DNA of 64,000 nt. Origin: Escherichia coli. Lineage in GTDB: Bacteria; Pseudomonadota; Gammaproteobacteria; Enterobacterales; Enterobacteriaceae. Numbering within the stretch: the stretch's first letter is position 1; each line of letters begins with the position of its first letter. This document shows, one piece after another, positions 47,825 through 58,235 of this stretch. The notes under the pieces were generated by a model. That model ran no database searches, was not told the DNA's origin, and saw only the letters and a program-made list of their open reading frames with translations. Made by a program: the position numbers and the translations under genes. The DNA is taken from assembly GCF_029227855.1 (NCBI RefSeq), contig NZ_CP074356.1. One strand, given 5' to 3'.

Positions 47825-49744
47825 TCATACCCGGCGCTTAAACTGCCCTGCATCAATGCCATGTTGCTTCATTTTCCGCCACAGCGTAGTGCGGCCGATT
47901 CCAAGTAAAGCCGACATTTCCTGAATGCGACCGCCTGTGACCTGGGCTGCGTTAATAATTGCCTCTTTTTCAACTTCCGCAAATGACAGACTGGTGGAAA
48001 GGCGGGTGGCGCTGACATCATCTGTCGCCTGCTCGGTAAACAGATGTTCAGGTAAATCACTGACGCGAATGCGCCCGTTATCACTACTCAGAGCAAGATT
48101 CTCGATGACGCTGTAAAGTTCAAAATCGTTGCCAGGCCATGCACAGGAAACCAGGCGAGCGAGGGCATCGTCATCAATTTTCAGCCGCGTAGAGAAGCGT
48201 TTTTCAAGACTGTGTAATTTGTTATTCACCAGCGCCGGAATGCTGCCACGCCGCATACGCAGAGGCGGGATGGTAATTTCAAATGCATGCAGCGCGTAAT
48301 ACAGCTGGCGACTAAAGCGATTTTGTTCCACCAGCATTGCCAGGTCCGCGGTCGTTGTGGCAATCACTTTGACATCAATGGGTATTAAACGCCGCGCATC
48401 CAGTCGCGTGATAACACCCTGCTTGATAACCTGAAGCAAAGCAGACTGTAACTCCACCGCCAGATATTCAATCTTTTCAAGAAACAGCGTGCCGCCGTGC
48501 GCCAGTTCCAGTCGACTCAAACGACCATTTTCATTATCCGTGCGATCGCCACCAATAAATTCTTCCGCCAGCGCCGCATCACCATATAACTCACAATTGA
48601 CGGCGATATAAGGCCCCGCTGCACGCTCGCTTTCATTATGAATTGCCTGACTTAGCAGTGCCTTACCCACGCCCTCTTCTCCACAAAGCAGGACAGGAAA
48701 GCTACTGCGCGCCGCCTGGCGACCAAAATGAATCAAGCGGCGGGTTTGCGGATCCTCTTGTGGCATATGAGCGAAAGTATGGCTGACTTTTCCTAATTGA
48801 CTGGTCATTAACTGCCGCATCTGTTCCACAGGATGGAGCAACAAAATAAAGCTGGTTCCCTCCGTTTCTATTATCGGTTTAAGGGTTATCACCGCATCAA
48901 TAAACTGGTGCTGACTTTCAAAGGTTGCTTCTACGTGTTTGAGCGGATGTGCCTGTTTTATTGCTTGTTGCAATACGGCGGGTAACGTTAAGAGTTCAGT
49001 GATCGCCCTTCCCTGACTTGCCGTCGCGTCAAGGCGCAAGACCCGCGCCGCCTGGGCATTGATAAATTGCAAATGACCCTGCTCGTCCCAGCTAATCACG
49101 CCATCATCCATACTTTCTAACAGGGCATTAAGTTGATTTAAATGACGGTTAGTTTCAGCGAGCAAACTGTCCGTCAGCAGTAAATTACCGACCTCTCGGG
49201 CGATTGCCAACGTCAACGGCAAATCAGCTGCGGTAGTTTGCTCAACCGGACACGCCAGCGCTATTGTTCCCGTCAATCGGCCCTTGCTGTCAAACAACGG
49301 CGTTGCACAAAAGGCCCAGTTCCAGAGTGCCTGTTTGAAATGTTGATCGGCCATCGTTTTCACGGCCTGACCAGAGATAGCCGCTAACGATAGCGCACAA
49401 GTACCAATAATTCCCTCGGCGCAATACGTGCCGTCATTGAATCCCAGTGCACTTAGCTGCTGCAAGGTTTGCGGATCGCCATTACGGCTGAGAATGCAGG
49501 CGGTTTCATCGAGGATAAACAGCGCACACTCTCGCGGTGCCATATATTCCCAGGCATCTTCAAGCGCAGCCTGCCCGAGCGTCAGCATCGCTTTCTTACG
49601 CCGATAAATAGACGCAAATGTCACGCCCTGGGCCTGGTGTGGTACGTTCCATGTCTCCCGTTTCATCAGCTTATTGCATCTCTCCCAGGAGGTTGCAATT
49701 AAGGGAGATATGCCCCGACCATCGTTGTTAAAAGCGCCACTCAT
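47825..49744 (-). CDS. dhaR: Sigma-54-independent AAA+ transcription activator DhaR of the dha operon
   Basis: 639 aa from ATG at 49742-49744 (MSGAFNNDGRGISPLIATSWERC...), GAF/PAS plus AAA+ plus C-terminal HTH. Confidence 0.93.
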   Translation of the reverse strand: MSGAFNNDGRGISPLIATSWERCNKLMKRETWNVPHQAQGVTFASIYRRKKAMLTLGQAALEDAWEYMAPRECALFILDETACILSRNGDPQTLQQLSALGFNDGTYCAEGIIGTCALSLAAISGQAVKTMADQHFKQALWNWAFCATPLFDSKGRLTGTIALACPVEQTTAADLPLTLAIAREVGNLLLTDSLLAETNRHLNQLNALLESMDDGVISWDEQGHLQFINAQAARVLRLDATASQGRAITELLTLPAVLQQAIKQAHPLKHVEATFESQHQFIDAVITLKPIIETEGTSFILLLHPVEQMRQLMTSQLGKVSHTFAHMPQEDPQTRRLIHFGRQAARSSFPVLLCGEEGVGKALLSQAIHNESERAAGPYIAVNCELYGDAALAEEFIGGDRTDNENGRLSRLELAHGGTLFLEKIEYLAVELQSALLQVIKQGVITRLDARRLIPIDVKVIATTTADLAMLVEQNRFSRQLYYALHAFEITIPPLRMRRGSIPALVNNKLHSLEKRFSTRLKIDDDALARLVSCAWPGNDFELYSVIENLALSSDNGRIRVSDLPEHLFTEQATDDVSATRLSTSLSFAEVEKEAIINAAQVTGGRIQEMSALLGIGRTTLWRKMKQHGIDAGQFKRRV

Positions 49745-49971
49745 ATCCCGCATCCCTTATGACAAAAGGTGTTCCGGCTCGCAATTTTAAATATTAATAC
49801 ACGTAAAAGTTTCAATATGGAACATTCATTAAAGAATATGTTTCACTATGAAACATAATTTGGGCTAATTTTCTTTTCCCTTGCCTGATGCACAATGGAT
49901 TCATCGGCAGTCAGTGGTCGCCGTGTCGTTGAACATCATCCATGCCCTACCGTAATTGCTGGAGCAAAATA

Positions 49972-51042
49972 ATGAAAAAATTGATCAATGATGTGCAAGA
50001 CGTACTGGACGAACAACTGGCAGGACTAGCGAAAGCGCATCCATCGCTGACACTGCATCAGGATCCGGTGTATGTCACCCGAGCTGATGCCCCCGTGGCA
50101 GGAAAAGTCGCCCTGCTGTCGGGTGGCGGTAGCGGACACGAGCCGATGCACTGCGGTTATATCGGTCAGGGGATGCTTTCGGGGGCCTGTCCGGGCGAAA
50201 TTTTCACCTCACCGACGCCCGATAAAATCTTTGAATGCGCCATGCAAATTGATGGCGGCGAAGGTGTACTGTTGATTATCAAAAATTACACCGGCGATAT
50301 TCTTAACTTTGAAACAGCGACCGAGTTACTGCACGATAGCGGCGTAAAAGTGACCACTGTGGTGATTGATGACGACGTTGCAGTAAAAGACAGTCTTTAT
50401 ACCGCCGGGCGGCGCGGCGTTGCCAACACCGTATTAATTGAAAAACTCGTAGGCGCAGCGGCGGAGCGTGGCGACTCACTGGACGCCTGTGCGGAACTGG
50501 GGCGTAAGTTGAATAATCAAGGCCACTCAATAGGTATCGCTCTCGGTGCCTGTACCGTTCCTGCCGCGGGCAAACCTTCTTTTACCCTGGCGGACAATGA
50601 GATGGAGTTTGGCGTCGGCATTCATGGTGAGCCAGGTATTGACCGCCGTCCCTTCTCTTCCCTTGATCAAACCGTCGATGAAATGTTCGACACCCTGCTG
50701 GAAAATGGCTCATACCATCGCACTTTGCGTTTCTGGGATTATCAACAAGGCAGCTGGCAGGAAGAACCACAAACCAAACAACCGCTCCAGTCTGGCGATC
50801 GGGTGATTGCGCTGGTTAACAATCTTGGCGCAACTCCGCTTTCTGAGCTATACGGCGTCTATAACCGCCTGACCACACGTTGCCAACAAGCGGGATTGAC
50901 TATCGAGCGTAATTTAATTGGCGCGTACTGTACCTCACTGGATATGACCGGTTTCTCAATCACCTTACTGAAAGTTGATGACGAAACGCTGGCACTCTGG
51001 GACGCCCCGGTCCACACCCCGGCCCTTAACTGGGGTAAATAA
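49972..51042 (+). CDS. dhaK: PTS-dependent dihydroxyacetone kinase, DHA-binding subunit DhaK
   Basis: 356 aa from ATG at 49972 (MKKLINDVQDVLDEQLAGLAKAHP). Confidence 0.95.
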   Translation: MKKLINDVQDVLDEQLAGLAKAHPSLTLHQDPVYVTRADAPVAGKVALLSGGGSGHEPMHCGYIGQGMLSGACPGEIFTSPTPDKIFECAMQIDGGEGVLLIIKNYTGDILNFETATELLHDSGVKVTTVVIDDDVAVKDSLYTAGRRGVANTVLIEKLVGAAAERGDSLDACAELGRKLNNQGHSIGIALGACTVPAAGKPSFTLADNEMEFGVGIHGEPGIDRRPFSSLDQTVDEMFDTLLENGSYHRTLRFWDYQQGSWQEEPQTKQPLQSGDRVIALVNNLGATPLSELYGVYNRLTTRCQQAGLTIERNLIGAYCTSLDMTGFSITLLKVDDETLALWDAPVHTPALNWGK

Positions 51043-51052
51043 GGAGAAAGCA

Positions 51053-51685
51053 ATGTCACTGAGCAGAACTCAAATTGTTAACTGGCTCACTCGTTGTGGC
51101 GATATTTTCAACACCGAGAGCGAGTATCTTACCGGACTGGATCGCGAAATTGGCGACGCTGACCACGGGCTAAATATGAACCGAGGCTTTAGCAAAGTGG
51201 TGGAAAAACTCCCTGCTATCGCAGATAAAGATATCGGTTTCATTCTCAAGAATACCGGTATGACGCTACTTTCCAGCGTCGGTGGTGCCAGTGGTCCGCT
51301 TTTCGGTACCTTCTTTATCCGCGCCGCACAGGCGACCCAGGCACGGCAAAGCCTGACGCTGGAAGAGCTTTATCAGATGTTCCGCGATGGCGCGGACGGC
51401 GTAATCAGTCGCGGTAAAGCCGAACCTGGCGATAAAACCATGTGTGATGTGTGGGTGCCGGTGGTGGAATCGTTACGTCAGTCCAGCGAGCAAAATCTCT
51501 CTGTTCCGGCGGCGCTCGAAGCTGCCAGTAGCATCGCCGAGTCCACTGCACAAAGTACGATTACGATGCAAGCCCGCAAAGGCCGCGCCAGTTATCTCGG
51601 TGAACGCAGTATTGGTCACCAGGACCCCGGTGCGACCTCGGTGATGTTTATGATGCAAATGTTGGCGTTAGCCGCAAAAGAGTAA
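51053..51685 (+). CDS. dhaL: PTS-dependent dihydroxyacetone kinase, ADP-binding subunit DhaL
   Basis: 210 aa from ATG at 51053 (MSLSRTQIVNWLTRCGDIFNTESEYL). Confidence 0.95.
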   Translation: MSLSRTQIVNWLTRCGDIFNTESEYLTGLDREIGDADHGLNMNRGFSKVVEKLPAIADKDIGFILKNTGMTLLSSVGGASGPLFGTFFIRAAQATQARQSLTLEELYQMFRDGADGVISRGKAEPGDKTMCDVWVPVVESLRQSSEQNLSVPAALEAASSIAESTAQSTITMQARKGRASYLGERSIGHQDPGATSVMFMMQMLALAAKE

Positions 51686-51695
51686 GGAATTGGTG

Positions 51696-53114
51696 ATGGT
51701 AAACCTGGTCATAGTTTCACATAGCAGCCGACTGGGAGAAGGTGTCGGTGAACTAGCCCGTCAGATGTTAATGAGTGATAGTTGTAAAATCGCCATTGCC
51801 GCGGGAATTGACGATCCACAAAATCCCATTGGTACCGATGCCGTCAAAGTGATGGAGGCCATCGAATCTGTTGCCAATACCGACCATGTGCTGGTCATGA
51901 TGGATATGGGTAGCGCATTATTGAGTGCTGAAACTGCGCTGGAATTGCTGGCTCCCGAGATCGCCGCAAAAGTACGTTTGTGTGCTGCACCGTTGGTCGA
52001 AGGTACACTGGCAGCAACGGTCAGCGCGGCCTCGGGGGCGGAGATCGACAAAGTTATCTTTGACGCCATGCATGCGCTGGAAGCCAAACGTGAACAACTG
52101 GGTTTACCCTCCTCCGACACTGGAATCTCTGACACATGTCCTCCGTACGATGAAGAAGCCCGTTCTCTGGCGGTAGTCATAAAAAACCGTAACGGCCTGC
52201 ATGTACGTCCGGCCTCCCGGCTGGTTTATACCTTATCGACATTTAATGCCGATATGTTGCTGGAGAAAAACGGCAAATGCGTCACACCGGAGAGTATTAA
52301 CCAGATTGCGTTACTACAAGTTCGCTATAACGATACGCTGCGCCTGATTGCGAAAGGGCCAGAAGCTGAAGAGGCACTGATCGCTTTCCGTCAGCTGGCT
52401 GAAGATAACTTTGGTGAAACGGAGGAAGTTGCTCCACCTATTCTGCGTCCCGTTCCGCCTGTTTCGGGTAAAGCCTTTTATTATCAACCGGTTTTATGTA
52501 CGGTACAGGCAAAATCAACCCTGACCGTGGATGAAGAACAAGAACGATTACGCCAGGCCATTGACTTCACGTTATTAGATCTGATGACGTTAACAGCGAA
52601 AGCAGAAGCCAGCGGGCTTGACGATATTGCCGCAATCTTTTCTGGTCACCATACACTGTTAGATGATCCGGAACTGCTGGCGGCGGCAAGCGAACTCCTT
52701 CAGCATGAACATTGCACGGCAGAATATGCCTGGCAGCAAGTTCTTAAAGAACTTAGCCAGCAATACCAGCAACTGGATGATGAATATCTACAGGCTCGCT
52801 ATATTGATGTGGACGATCTTCTGCATCGCACCCTGGTCCACCTGACCCAAACGAAAGAAGAACTCCCGCAGTTTAACTCGCCAACTATTCTACTGGCGGA
52901 GAACATCTATCCCTCCACAATACTGCAACTGGATCCGGCGGTTGTAAAAGGTATCTGCCTTAGCGCCGGAAGTCCGCTATCCCACAGCGCCCTGATCGCC
53001 CGTGAACTGGGGATTGGCTGGATTTGCCAGCAGGGTGAGAAACTGTATGCGATACAACCAGAAGAAACGCTAACGCTGGACGTTAAAACGCAACGTTTCA
53101 GCCGTCAGGGTTAA
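51696..53114 (+). CDS. dhaM: PTS-dependent dihydroxyacetone kinase phosphotransferase subunit DhaM
   Basis: 472 aa from ATG at 51696 (MVNLVIVSHSSRLGEGVGELARQ), EIIA-Man-like, HPr-like and EI-like domains. Confidence 0.94.
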   Translation: MVNLVIVSHSSRLGEGVGELARQMLMSDSCKIAIAAGIDDPQNPIGTDAVKVMEAIESVANTDHVLVMMDMGSALLSAETALELLAPEIAAKVRLCAAPLVEGTLAATVSAASGAEIDKVIFDAMHALEAKREQLGLPSSDTGISDTCPPYDEEARSLAVVIKNRNGLHVRPASRLVYTLSTFNADMLLEKNGKCVTPESINQIALLQVRYNDTLRLIAKGPEAEEALIAFRQLAEDNFGETEEVAPPILRPVPPVSGKAFYYQPVLCTVQAKSTLTVDEEQERLRQAIDFTLLDLMTLTAKAEASGLDDIAAIFSGHHTLLDDPELLAAASELLQHEHCTAEYAWQQVLKELSQQYQQLDDEYLQARYIDVDDLLHRTLVHLTQTKEELPQFNSPTILLAENIYPSTILQLDPAVVKGICLSAGSPLSHSALIARELGIGWICQQGEKLYAIQPEETLTLDVKTQRFSRQG

Positions 53115-53123
53115 ACCACCGTT

Positions 53124-53156
53124 CGGATGGCATCGTTCTGATGCCATCCGGCTATT
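53124..53156 (+). terminator. dhaM rho-independent terminator
   Basis: CGGATGGCATC-gttctg-ATGCCATCCG hairpin with T-rich tail. Confidence 0.6.
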
Positions 53157-53434
53157 TACTCTGCACGGATGATTTTTAACTACCTGTTATATTTTTCACC
53201 AAATCATGATGATTTTTTCTGCGCTAATCGCGAACCCAACGCCGCTGGCTGGCTAACAAACAGACGTTATTTGATCACTCTATTTCGCCGTTATTTATCC
53301 CTTTAATTCCCTTTTCTAAAATGCCTGACCGTTCGCAGAATGAGATTTCGATCATGCAGCTAGTGCGATCCTGAACTAAGGTTTTCTGATACTTGAATAC
53401 CGTTTTATTCGGTTTCGCCAAAGGAGAATGATTG

Positions 53435-55132
53435 ATGAAATCCCCCGCAGCTTCTCGCCCGCTAAAAATGGCGTTAATTCCAGCCTGCATTTTTTTGTGT
53501 TTCGCTGCGCTATCGGTGCAGGCAGAAGAAACACCGGTAACGCCACAGCCGCCTGATATTTTATTAGGGCCGCTGTTTAATGATGTGCAAAACGCCAAAC
53601 TTTTTCCGGACCAAAAAACCTTTGCCGATGCCGTGCCGAACAGCGATCCGCTGATGATCCTTGCTGATTATCGGATGCAGCAAAACCAGAGCGGATTTGA
53701 TCTGCGCCATTTCGTTAACGTCAATTTCACCCTGCCGAAAGAGGGCGAGAAATATGTTCCGCCAGAGGGGCAATCACTACGCGAACATATTGACGGACTT
53801 TGGCCGGTATTAACGCGTTCTACCGAAAATACCGAAAAATGGGATTCTCTGTTACCGCTGCCGGAACCTTATGTCGTGCCGGGCGGACGTTTTCGCGAGG
53901 TATATTACTGGGACAGTTACTTCACCATGTTAGGACTTGCCGAAAGCGGTCACTGGGATAAAGTCGCGGATATGGTGGCCAATTTTGCTCATGAAATAGA
54001 CACTTACGGTCATATTCCCAACGGCAACCGCAGTTACTATTTAAGTCGCTCGCAGCCGCCCTTCTTTGCCCTGATGGTAGAGTTACTGGCGCAGCATGAA
54101 GGTGATGCCGCGTTGAAGCAATACCTGCCGCAAATGCAAAAAGAATATGCTTACTGGATGGACGGTGTTGAAAACCTGCAAGCCGGACAACAGGAAAAAC
54201 GCGTTGTAAAACTTCAGGATGGTACCCTTCTCAACCGCTACTGGGACGATCGCGATACGCCACGACCAGAGTCATGGGTGGAAGATATTGCCACCGCCAA
54301 AAGCAATCCGAATCGACCTGCCACTGAAATTTACCGCGACCTGCGCTCTGCCGCTGCGTCTGGCTGGGATTTCAGCTCGCGCTGGATGGACAACCCGCAG
54401 CAGTTAAATACCTTACGCACCACCAGCATCGTACCGGTCGATCTGAACAGCCTGATGTTTAAAATGGAAAAAATCCTCGCCCGCGCCAGCAAAGCTGCCG
54501 GAGATAACGCGATGGCAAACCAGTACGAAACGCTGGCGAATGCCCGTCAAAAAGGGATCGAAAAATACCTGTGGAACGATCAACAAGGCTGGTATGCCGA
54601 TTACGACCTGAAAAGTCATAAAGTGCGCAATCAGTTAACCGCGGCCGCCCTGTTCCCGCTGTACGTCAATGCGGCAGCGAAAGATCGCGCCAGCAAAATG
54701 GCGACGGCGACGAAAACACATCTGCTGCAACCAGGCGGCCTGAACACCACGTCGGTGAAAAGTGGGCAACAATGGGATGCGCCAAACGGCTGGGCACCGT
54801 TGCAGTGGGTCGCGACAGAAGGGTTACAAAACTACGGGCAAAAAGAGGTGGCGATGGACATTAGCTGGCACTTCCTGACCAATGTTCAGCACACCTATGA
54901 CCGGGAGAAAAAGCTGGTGGAAAAATATGATGTCAGCACCACCGGAACAGGGGGCGGCGGTGGCGAATATCCATTACAGGATGGCTTTGGCTGGACCAAT
55001 GGCGTGACGCTGAAAATGCTGGATTTGATCTGCCCGAAAGAGCAACCGTGTGACAATGTTCCGGCGACGCGTCCACTCAGTGAATCAACAACACAGCCGC
55101 TAAAACAAAAAGAGGCGGAACCTACGCCTTAA
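53435..55132 (+). CDS. treA: Periplasmic trehalase TreA
   Basis: 565 aa from ATG at 53435 with AAGGAGA SD; signal peptide then glycoside hydrolase family 37 core. Confidence 0.95.
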   Translation: MKSPAASRPLKMALIPACIFLCFAALSVQAEETPVTPQPPDILLGPLFNDVQNAKLFPDQKTFADAVPNSDPLMILADYRMQQNQSGFDLRHFVNVNFTLPKEGEKYVPPEGQSLREHIDGLWPVLTRSTENTEKWDSLLPLPEPYVVPGGRFREVYYWDSYFTMLGLAESGHWDKVADMVANFAHEIDTYGHIPNGNRSYYLSRSQPPFFALMVELLAQHEGDAALKQYLPQMQKEYAYWMDGVENLQAGQQEKRVVKLQDGTLLNRYWDDRDTPRPESWVEDIATAKSNPNRPATEIYRDLRSAAASGWDFSSRWMDNPQQLNTLRTTSIVPVDLNSLMFKMEKILARASKAAGDNAMANQYETLANARQKGIEKYLWNDQQGWYADYDLKSHKVRNQLTAAALFPLYVNAAAKDRASKMATATKTHLLQPGGLNTTSVKSGQQWDAPNGWAPLQWVATEGLQNYGQKEVAMDISWHFLTNVQHTYDREKKLVEKYDVSTTGTGGGGGEYPLQDGFGWTNGVTLKMLDLICPKEQPCDNVPATRPLSESTTQPLKQKEAEPTP

Positions 55133-55146
55133 CTTTACTGTATATC

Positions 55147-55189
55147 GAGCAATGCCATTACGTGCATAAAATTGGCATTGCTCTTTCTT
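55147..55189 (+). terminator. treA rho-independent terminator
   Basis: 11 bp stem GAGCAATGCCA / TGGCATTGCTC followed by TTTCTT. Confidence 0.65.
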
Positions 55190-55397
55190 CATCACGAAAT
55201 ACCAAATACCACTCTTTCTACGGTCTATGCCTTTATTTTCTTTTATTAGAGAAGATTTTAATTTTATTTTATCAACTTGTTAATCATTACACCTCTATTT
55301 ATATTTTCCCCCACTCCCCATTCTCCCTGACAATTTTCTTGTGGAACAAAGTGTTATTTAAGAAACAAGCAAATCATTCTGTCTCTTTAGACAAATT

Positions 55398-55444
55398 TTG
55401 ACATCAAACATGATCTTTTTCGCTATATGTGTAAGTATATAGCG
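55398..55444 (+). promoter_or_regulatory. Candidate promoter (-35 TTGACA at 55398-55403) with overlapping ModE-type operator palindrome CGCTATAT-N8-ATATAGCG (55421-55444)
   Basis: Palindrome fits the ModE consensus as I recall it (CGnTATATA-N6-TATATAnCG) at 17 of 18 specified positions; lies 25 bp upstream of the ATG of the first island gene. Confidence 0.6.
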
Positions 55445-55468
55445 GTTTTAATTATCAGGATATTACTT

Positions 55469-56491
55469 ATGTCACTAACCAGACGGAGGTTTACACAGAT
55501 TCTTGCGTCGACATTGTTCCTGCATCATCTGCCGTCCTTTGCACTATCAGTCAAATTCTGGGCCTCACTGACGCTTCCCGAAGCCCAAAACATTACACGC
55601 ATCGTCAGCGCAGGCGCGCCCGCCGATTTACTATTGCTGGCTGTCGCGCCAGAAAAAATGGTCGGTTTTTCCTCTTTTGATTTTGCCCGTCAGGCATTAA
55701 TTCCATTGCCAAAGCACATTCGCCAGTTCCCCAGGCTGGGACGACTCGCCGGGCGCGCCAGCACACTCTCGCTGGAAGGGCTTATGGCGTTACATCCCGA
55801 TTTGGTCGTTGATTGCGGCAATACGGATGAAACCTGGATCTCCCAGGCACGGCAGGTTAGCGAACAGACACAAATACCCTGGTTATTGCTTAACGGGAAA
55901 CTGGAACAATCAGCAGAACAGTTAACAACGCTTGGCAAAACGTTAGGCGAAGAGCACCGCACCGCAGAACAAGCCAATCTCGCCAGCCGCTTCGTTGGTG
56001 AAGCTCAGGCATTCGCCACCTCACCCGCCGCTAACCTCAGCTTTTATGCTGCGCGCGGTCCTCGAGGGCTGGAAACGGGCTTACAGGGTTCGTTGCATAC
56101 CGAGGCGGCGGAATTATTAGGTTTGCACAACGTCGCGCAAATAGCCGATCGCCACGGTCTGACACAGGTTTCCATGGAAAATCTCCTGCGCTGGCAGCCG
56201 GATATTATTCTGGTTCAGGAGGCCGTTACTGCAGATTTTATTCGTCGTGATCCTCTCTGGCAGGGCGTGAAAGCGGTTGCGGAACAACGCATCTTATTTT
56301 TAAGTGGCCTGCCCTTTGGCTGGCTGGATGCCCCGCCGGGAATCAACCGTCTTCTGGGATTACGCAGACTTCACGCCTGGCTGGATCCCGCCATCAATCG
56401 CCAGTTTAAAAGTGACATGCAGCATTACGCCCAACTGTTCTGGCATTGCCTATTAAGTGACGCCGACTATCAAAAATTGGTGGCGAGCTAA
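55469..56491 (+). CDS. Periplasmic substrate-binding protein, TroA/FecB/BtuF-like (class III), with twin-arginine signal
   Basis: MSLTRRRFTQILASTLF... signal with RRRF motif; ~340 aa; architecture of metal-chelate/cobalamin binding proteins; ORF track version starts 14 codons upstream. Confidence 0.8.
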   Translation: MSLTRRRFTQILASTLFLHHLPSFALSVKFWASLTLPEAQNITRIVSAGAPADLLLLAVAPEKMVGFSSFDFARQALIPLPKHIRQFPRLGRLAGRASTLSLEGLMALHPDLVVDCGNTDETWISQARQVSEQTQIPWLLLNGKLEQSAEQLTTLGKTLGEEHRTAEQANLASRFVGEAQAFATSPAANLSFYAARGPRGLETGLQGSLHTEAAELLGLHNVAQIADRHGLTQVSMENLLRWQPDIILVQEAVTADFIRRDPLWQGVKAVAEQRILFLSGLPFGWLDAPPGINRLLGLRRLHAWLDPAINRQFKSDMQHYAQLFWHCLLSDADYQKLVAS

Positions 56492-57471
56492 TGAGAACCG
56501 TAAACGGATGTATTTTGCTGCTGGCAGCTATCAGTATCACTTTTGCCGCCGTAAGTGGGGCTTATCATCTCGATATACAGCAACTGCTGGCGCTCATTCT
56601 TCGTCAAGAAAATGTTCCTGTGCAGGAACAAATTGTCTTCTGGCAAATCCGCGTGCCGCGTATTCTTGCTGCGCTGTTTCTGGGCGCGGCGCTGGCAGGG
56701 GCCGGAACCACCTATCAGGGAATGTTCCGTAATCCCTTAGTGTCACCGGATATTTTAGGCGTCTCCGCCGGTGCCGGACTTGGTGCCTGCGCGGCAATCC
56801 TGTGGGGATTATCCATTGTTTACATCCAGCTGTACGCATTTTGCGGCGGGCTGATGGTGGTCGCGGGCGTCTGGTTGATTACGCGTCGGGTGACCCGCCA
56901 CGATCCGATCTTAACCCTGGTGCTGGTAGGCATTGCGTTAGGAACGTTGTGCGGAGCGGGGATATCGCTAATAAAAACGCTGGCCGATCCTTACACCCAG
57001 TTACCGTCAATTACCTTCTGGTTGCTGGGGGGGCTGTCCACCGTGACCTTACGCGATCTCTGCTATGCTGCACCGATCATTCTCATAGGCTCCTTGCCCC
57101 TGTTTTTTCTCCGCTGGCGTATGAATTTACTCACGCTTTCCGACGACGAAGCCCGTTCGCTGGGACTGAACGTGACACGTCTGCGCTTTGGATTAATTGT
57201 CTGCGCCACACTAATCACCGCCAGCACGGTAGCAATAGCGGGCATAATTGGTTGGGTCGGCCTGGTCGTTCCGCACATTGCCCGCTTGTTGACCGGTCAT
57301 AACCATCAGCAGCTGTTGCCCATGGCAATGTGTACTGGCGCGATTCTGCTCCTGCTTACCGATACGCTGGCACGCAGCATTGGAACAACAGAAATCCCAC
57401 TTGGCATTCTGACCGCTTTTGTTGGTGCACCGTTTTTCCTGTTTTTGTTGTTACGCGGAGGTCGCCAGTGA
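56491..57471 (+). CDS. ABC transporter permease, FecCD/BtuC family
   Basis: 326 aa polytopic membrane ORF whose start overlaps the upstream stop; glycine-rich TM segments typical of FecCD permeases. Confidence 0.82.
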   Translation: MRTVNGCILLLAAISITFAAVSGAYHLDIQQLLALILRQENVPVQEQIVFWQIRVPRILAALFLGAALAGAGTTYQGMFRNPLVSPDILGVSAGAGLGACAAILWGLSIVYIQLYAFCGGLMVVAGVWLITRRVTRHDPILTLVLVGIALGTLCGAGISLIKTLADPYTQLPSITFWLLGGLSTVTLRDLCYAAPIILIGSLPLFFLRWRMNLLTLSDDEARSLGLNVTRLRFGLIVCATLITASTVAIAGIIGWVGLVVPHIARLLTGHNHQQLLPMAMCTGAILLLLTDTLARSIGTTEIPLGILTAFVGAPFFLFLLLRGGRQ

Positions 57472-58226
57472 CTTTGCTTGCCGTCCGTCATGCGTCTCTG
57501 GGTTACTCCCGCCATCCGGTGCTACGCGACGTGTCCTTCACCCTGTCGCAAGGAACAATTTGTTGTCTGTTAGGAGCCAATGGTTGCGGCAAAACCACAC
57601 TCATGCGCTCCATTCTTGGCGTTATACCGTTATTAAAAGGCGAGATCTTACTGGATAGCCTCCCTGTGCAGACACTCAGCCATCGCCAGCGCGCGCAGGC
57701 TATTGCCTGGGTGCCGCAGGCGCACGACGGCATTTTTGCTTTTAGTGTGCTGGATATGGTGTTGATGGGCCTGGCCCCCACCATAGGCGCTTTTTCCGTT
57801 CCCGGTAAGCAAGAACGCCTGAAAGCAACGGAGCAACTGGAAAAGCTGGGCATTTTGCATCTGGCGACACGACGCTGGAATACACTTAGCGGCGGTGAAC
57901 GTCAGCTGGCTTTAATCGCCCGTGCACTCGTCCAGCAACCGCGCTTGTTATTACTGGATGAGCCTGCCTCCAGCCTCGATTTCGGTCATCAGATCCAACT
58001 ACTGGACACGCTGGCGCAGCTCAAAAATAACGGCATGACAATGCTAATGTCGACTCATCATCCGCTCCATGCCAACGCCATTGCCGACAGCATTATCCAG
58101 GTAGAGCCAGATGGACGAGTAACACAAGGCTTACCGACCGAACAGTTAACAACGAACAAACTGGCTGCCCTGTACCGGGTTTCTGCCGACCAGATTCATC
58201 ATCACCTCTCTGCAATTAGCCACTAA
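57468..58226 (+). CDS. ABC transporter ATP-binding protein (FepC/FecE/BtuD-like)
   Basis: GTG start overlapping the permease stop (GTGA); Walker A GANGCGKTT, ABC signature LSGGERQ, Walker B LLLLDEP; 252 aa. Confidence 0.85.
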   Translation: MTLLAVRHASLGYSRHPVLRDVSFTLSQGTICCLLGANGCGKTTLMRSILGVIPLLKGEILLDSLPVQTLSHRQRAQAIAWVPQAHDGIFAFSVLDMVLMGLAPTIGAFSVPGKQERLKATEQLEKLGILHLATRRWNTLSGGERQLALIARALVQQPRLLLLDEPASSLDFGHQIQLLDTLAQLKNNGMTMLMSTHHPLHANAIADSIIQVEPDGRVTQGLPTEQLTTNKLAALYRVSADQIHHHLSAISH

Positions 58227-58235
58227 GGAACAATC

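Noticed and set aside
55272-55290. Fur-box-like sequence (TTGTTAATCATTAC) upstream of the island operon
   Set aside because: Only about 12 of 19 positions match the Fur consensus, in AT-rich DNA where such matches occur by chance. The ModE-type palindrome nearby is a far better-defined operator.
55162-55401. 79 aa plus-strand ORF between the treA terminator and the island promoter
   Set aside because: Sits in the AT-rich promoter region, overlaps the treA terminator hairpin, has no ribosome-binding site and a low-complexity composition.
55190-55468. Cobalamin (B12) riboswitch upstream of the BtuB/BtuF-like island genes
   Set aside because: The leader is short and AT-rich and lacks the GC-rich conserved B12-box structure; no riboswitch-like fold is evident by eye.
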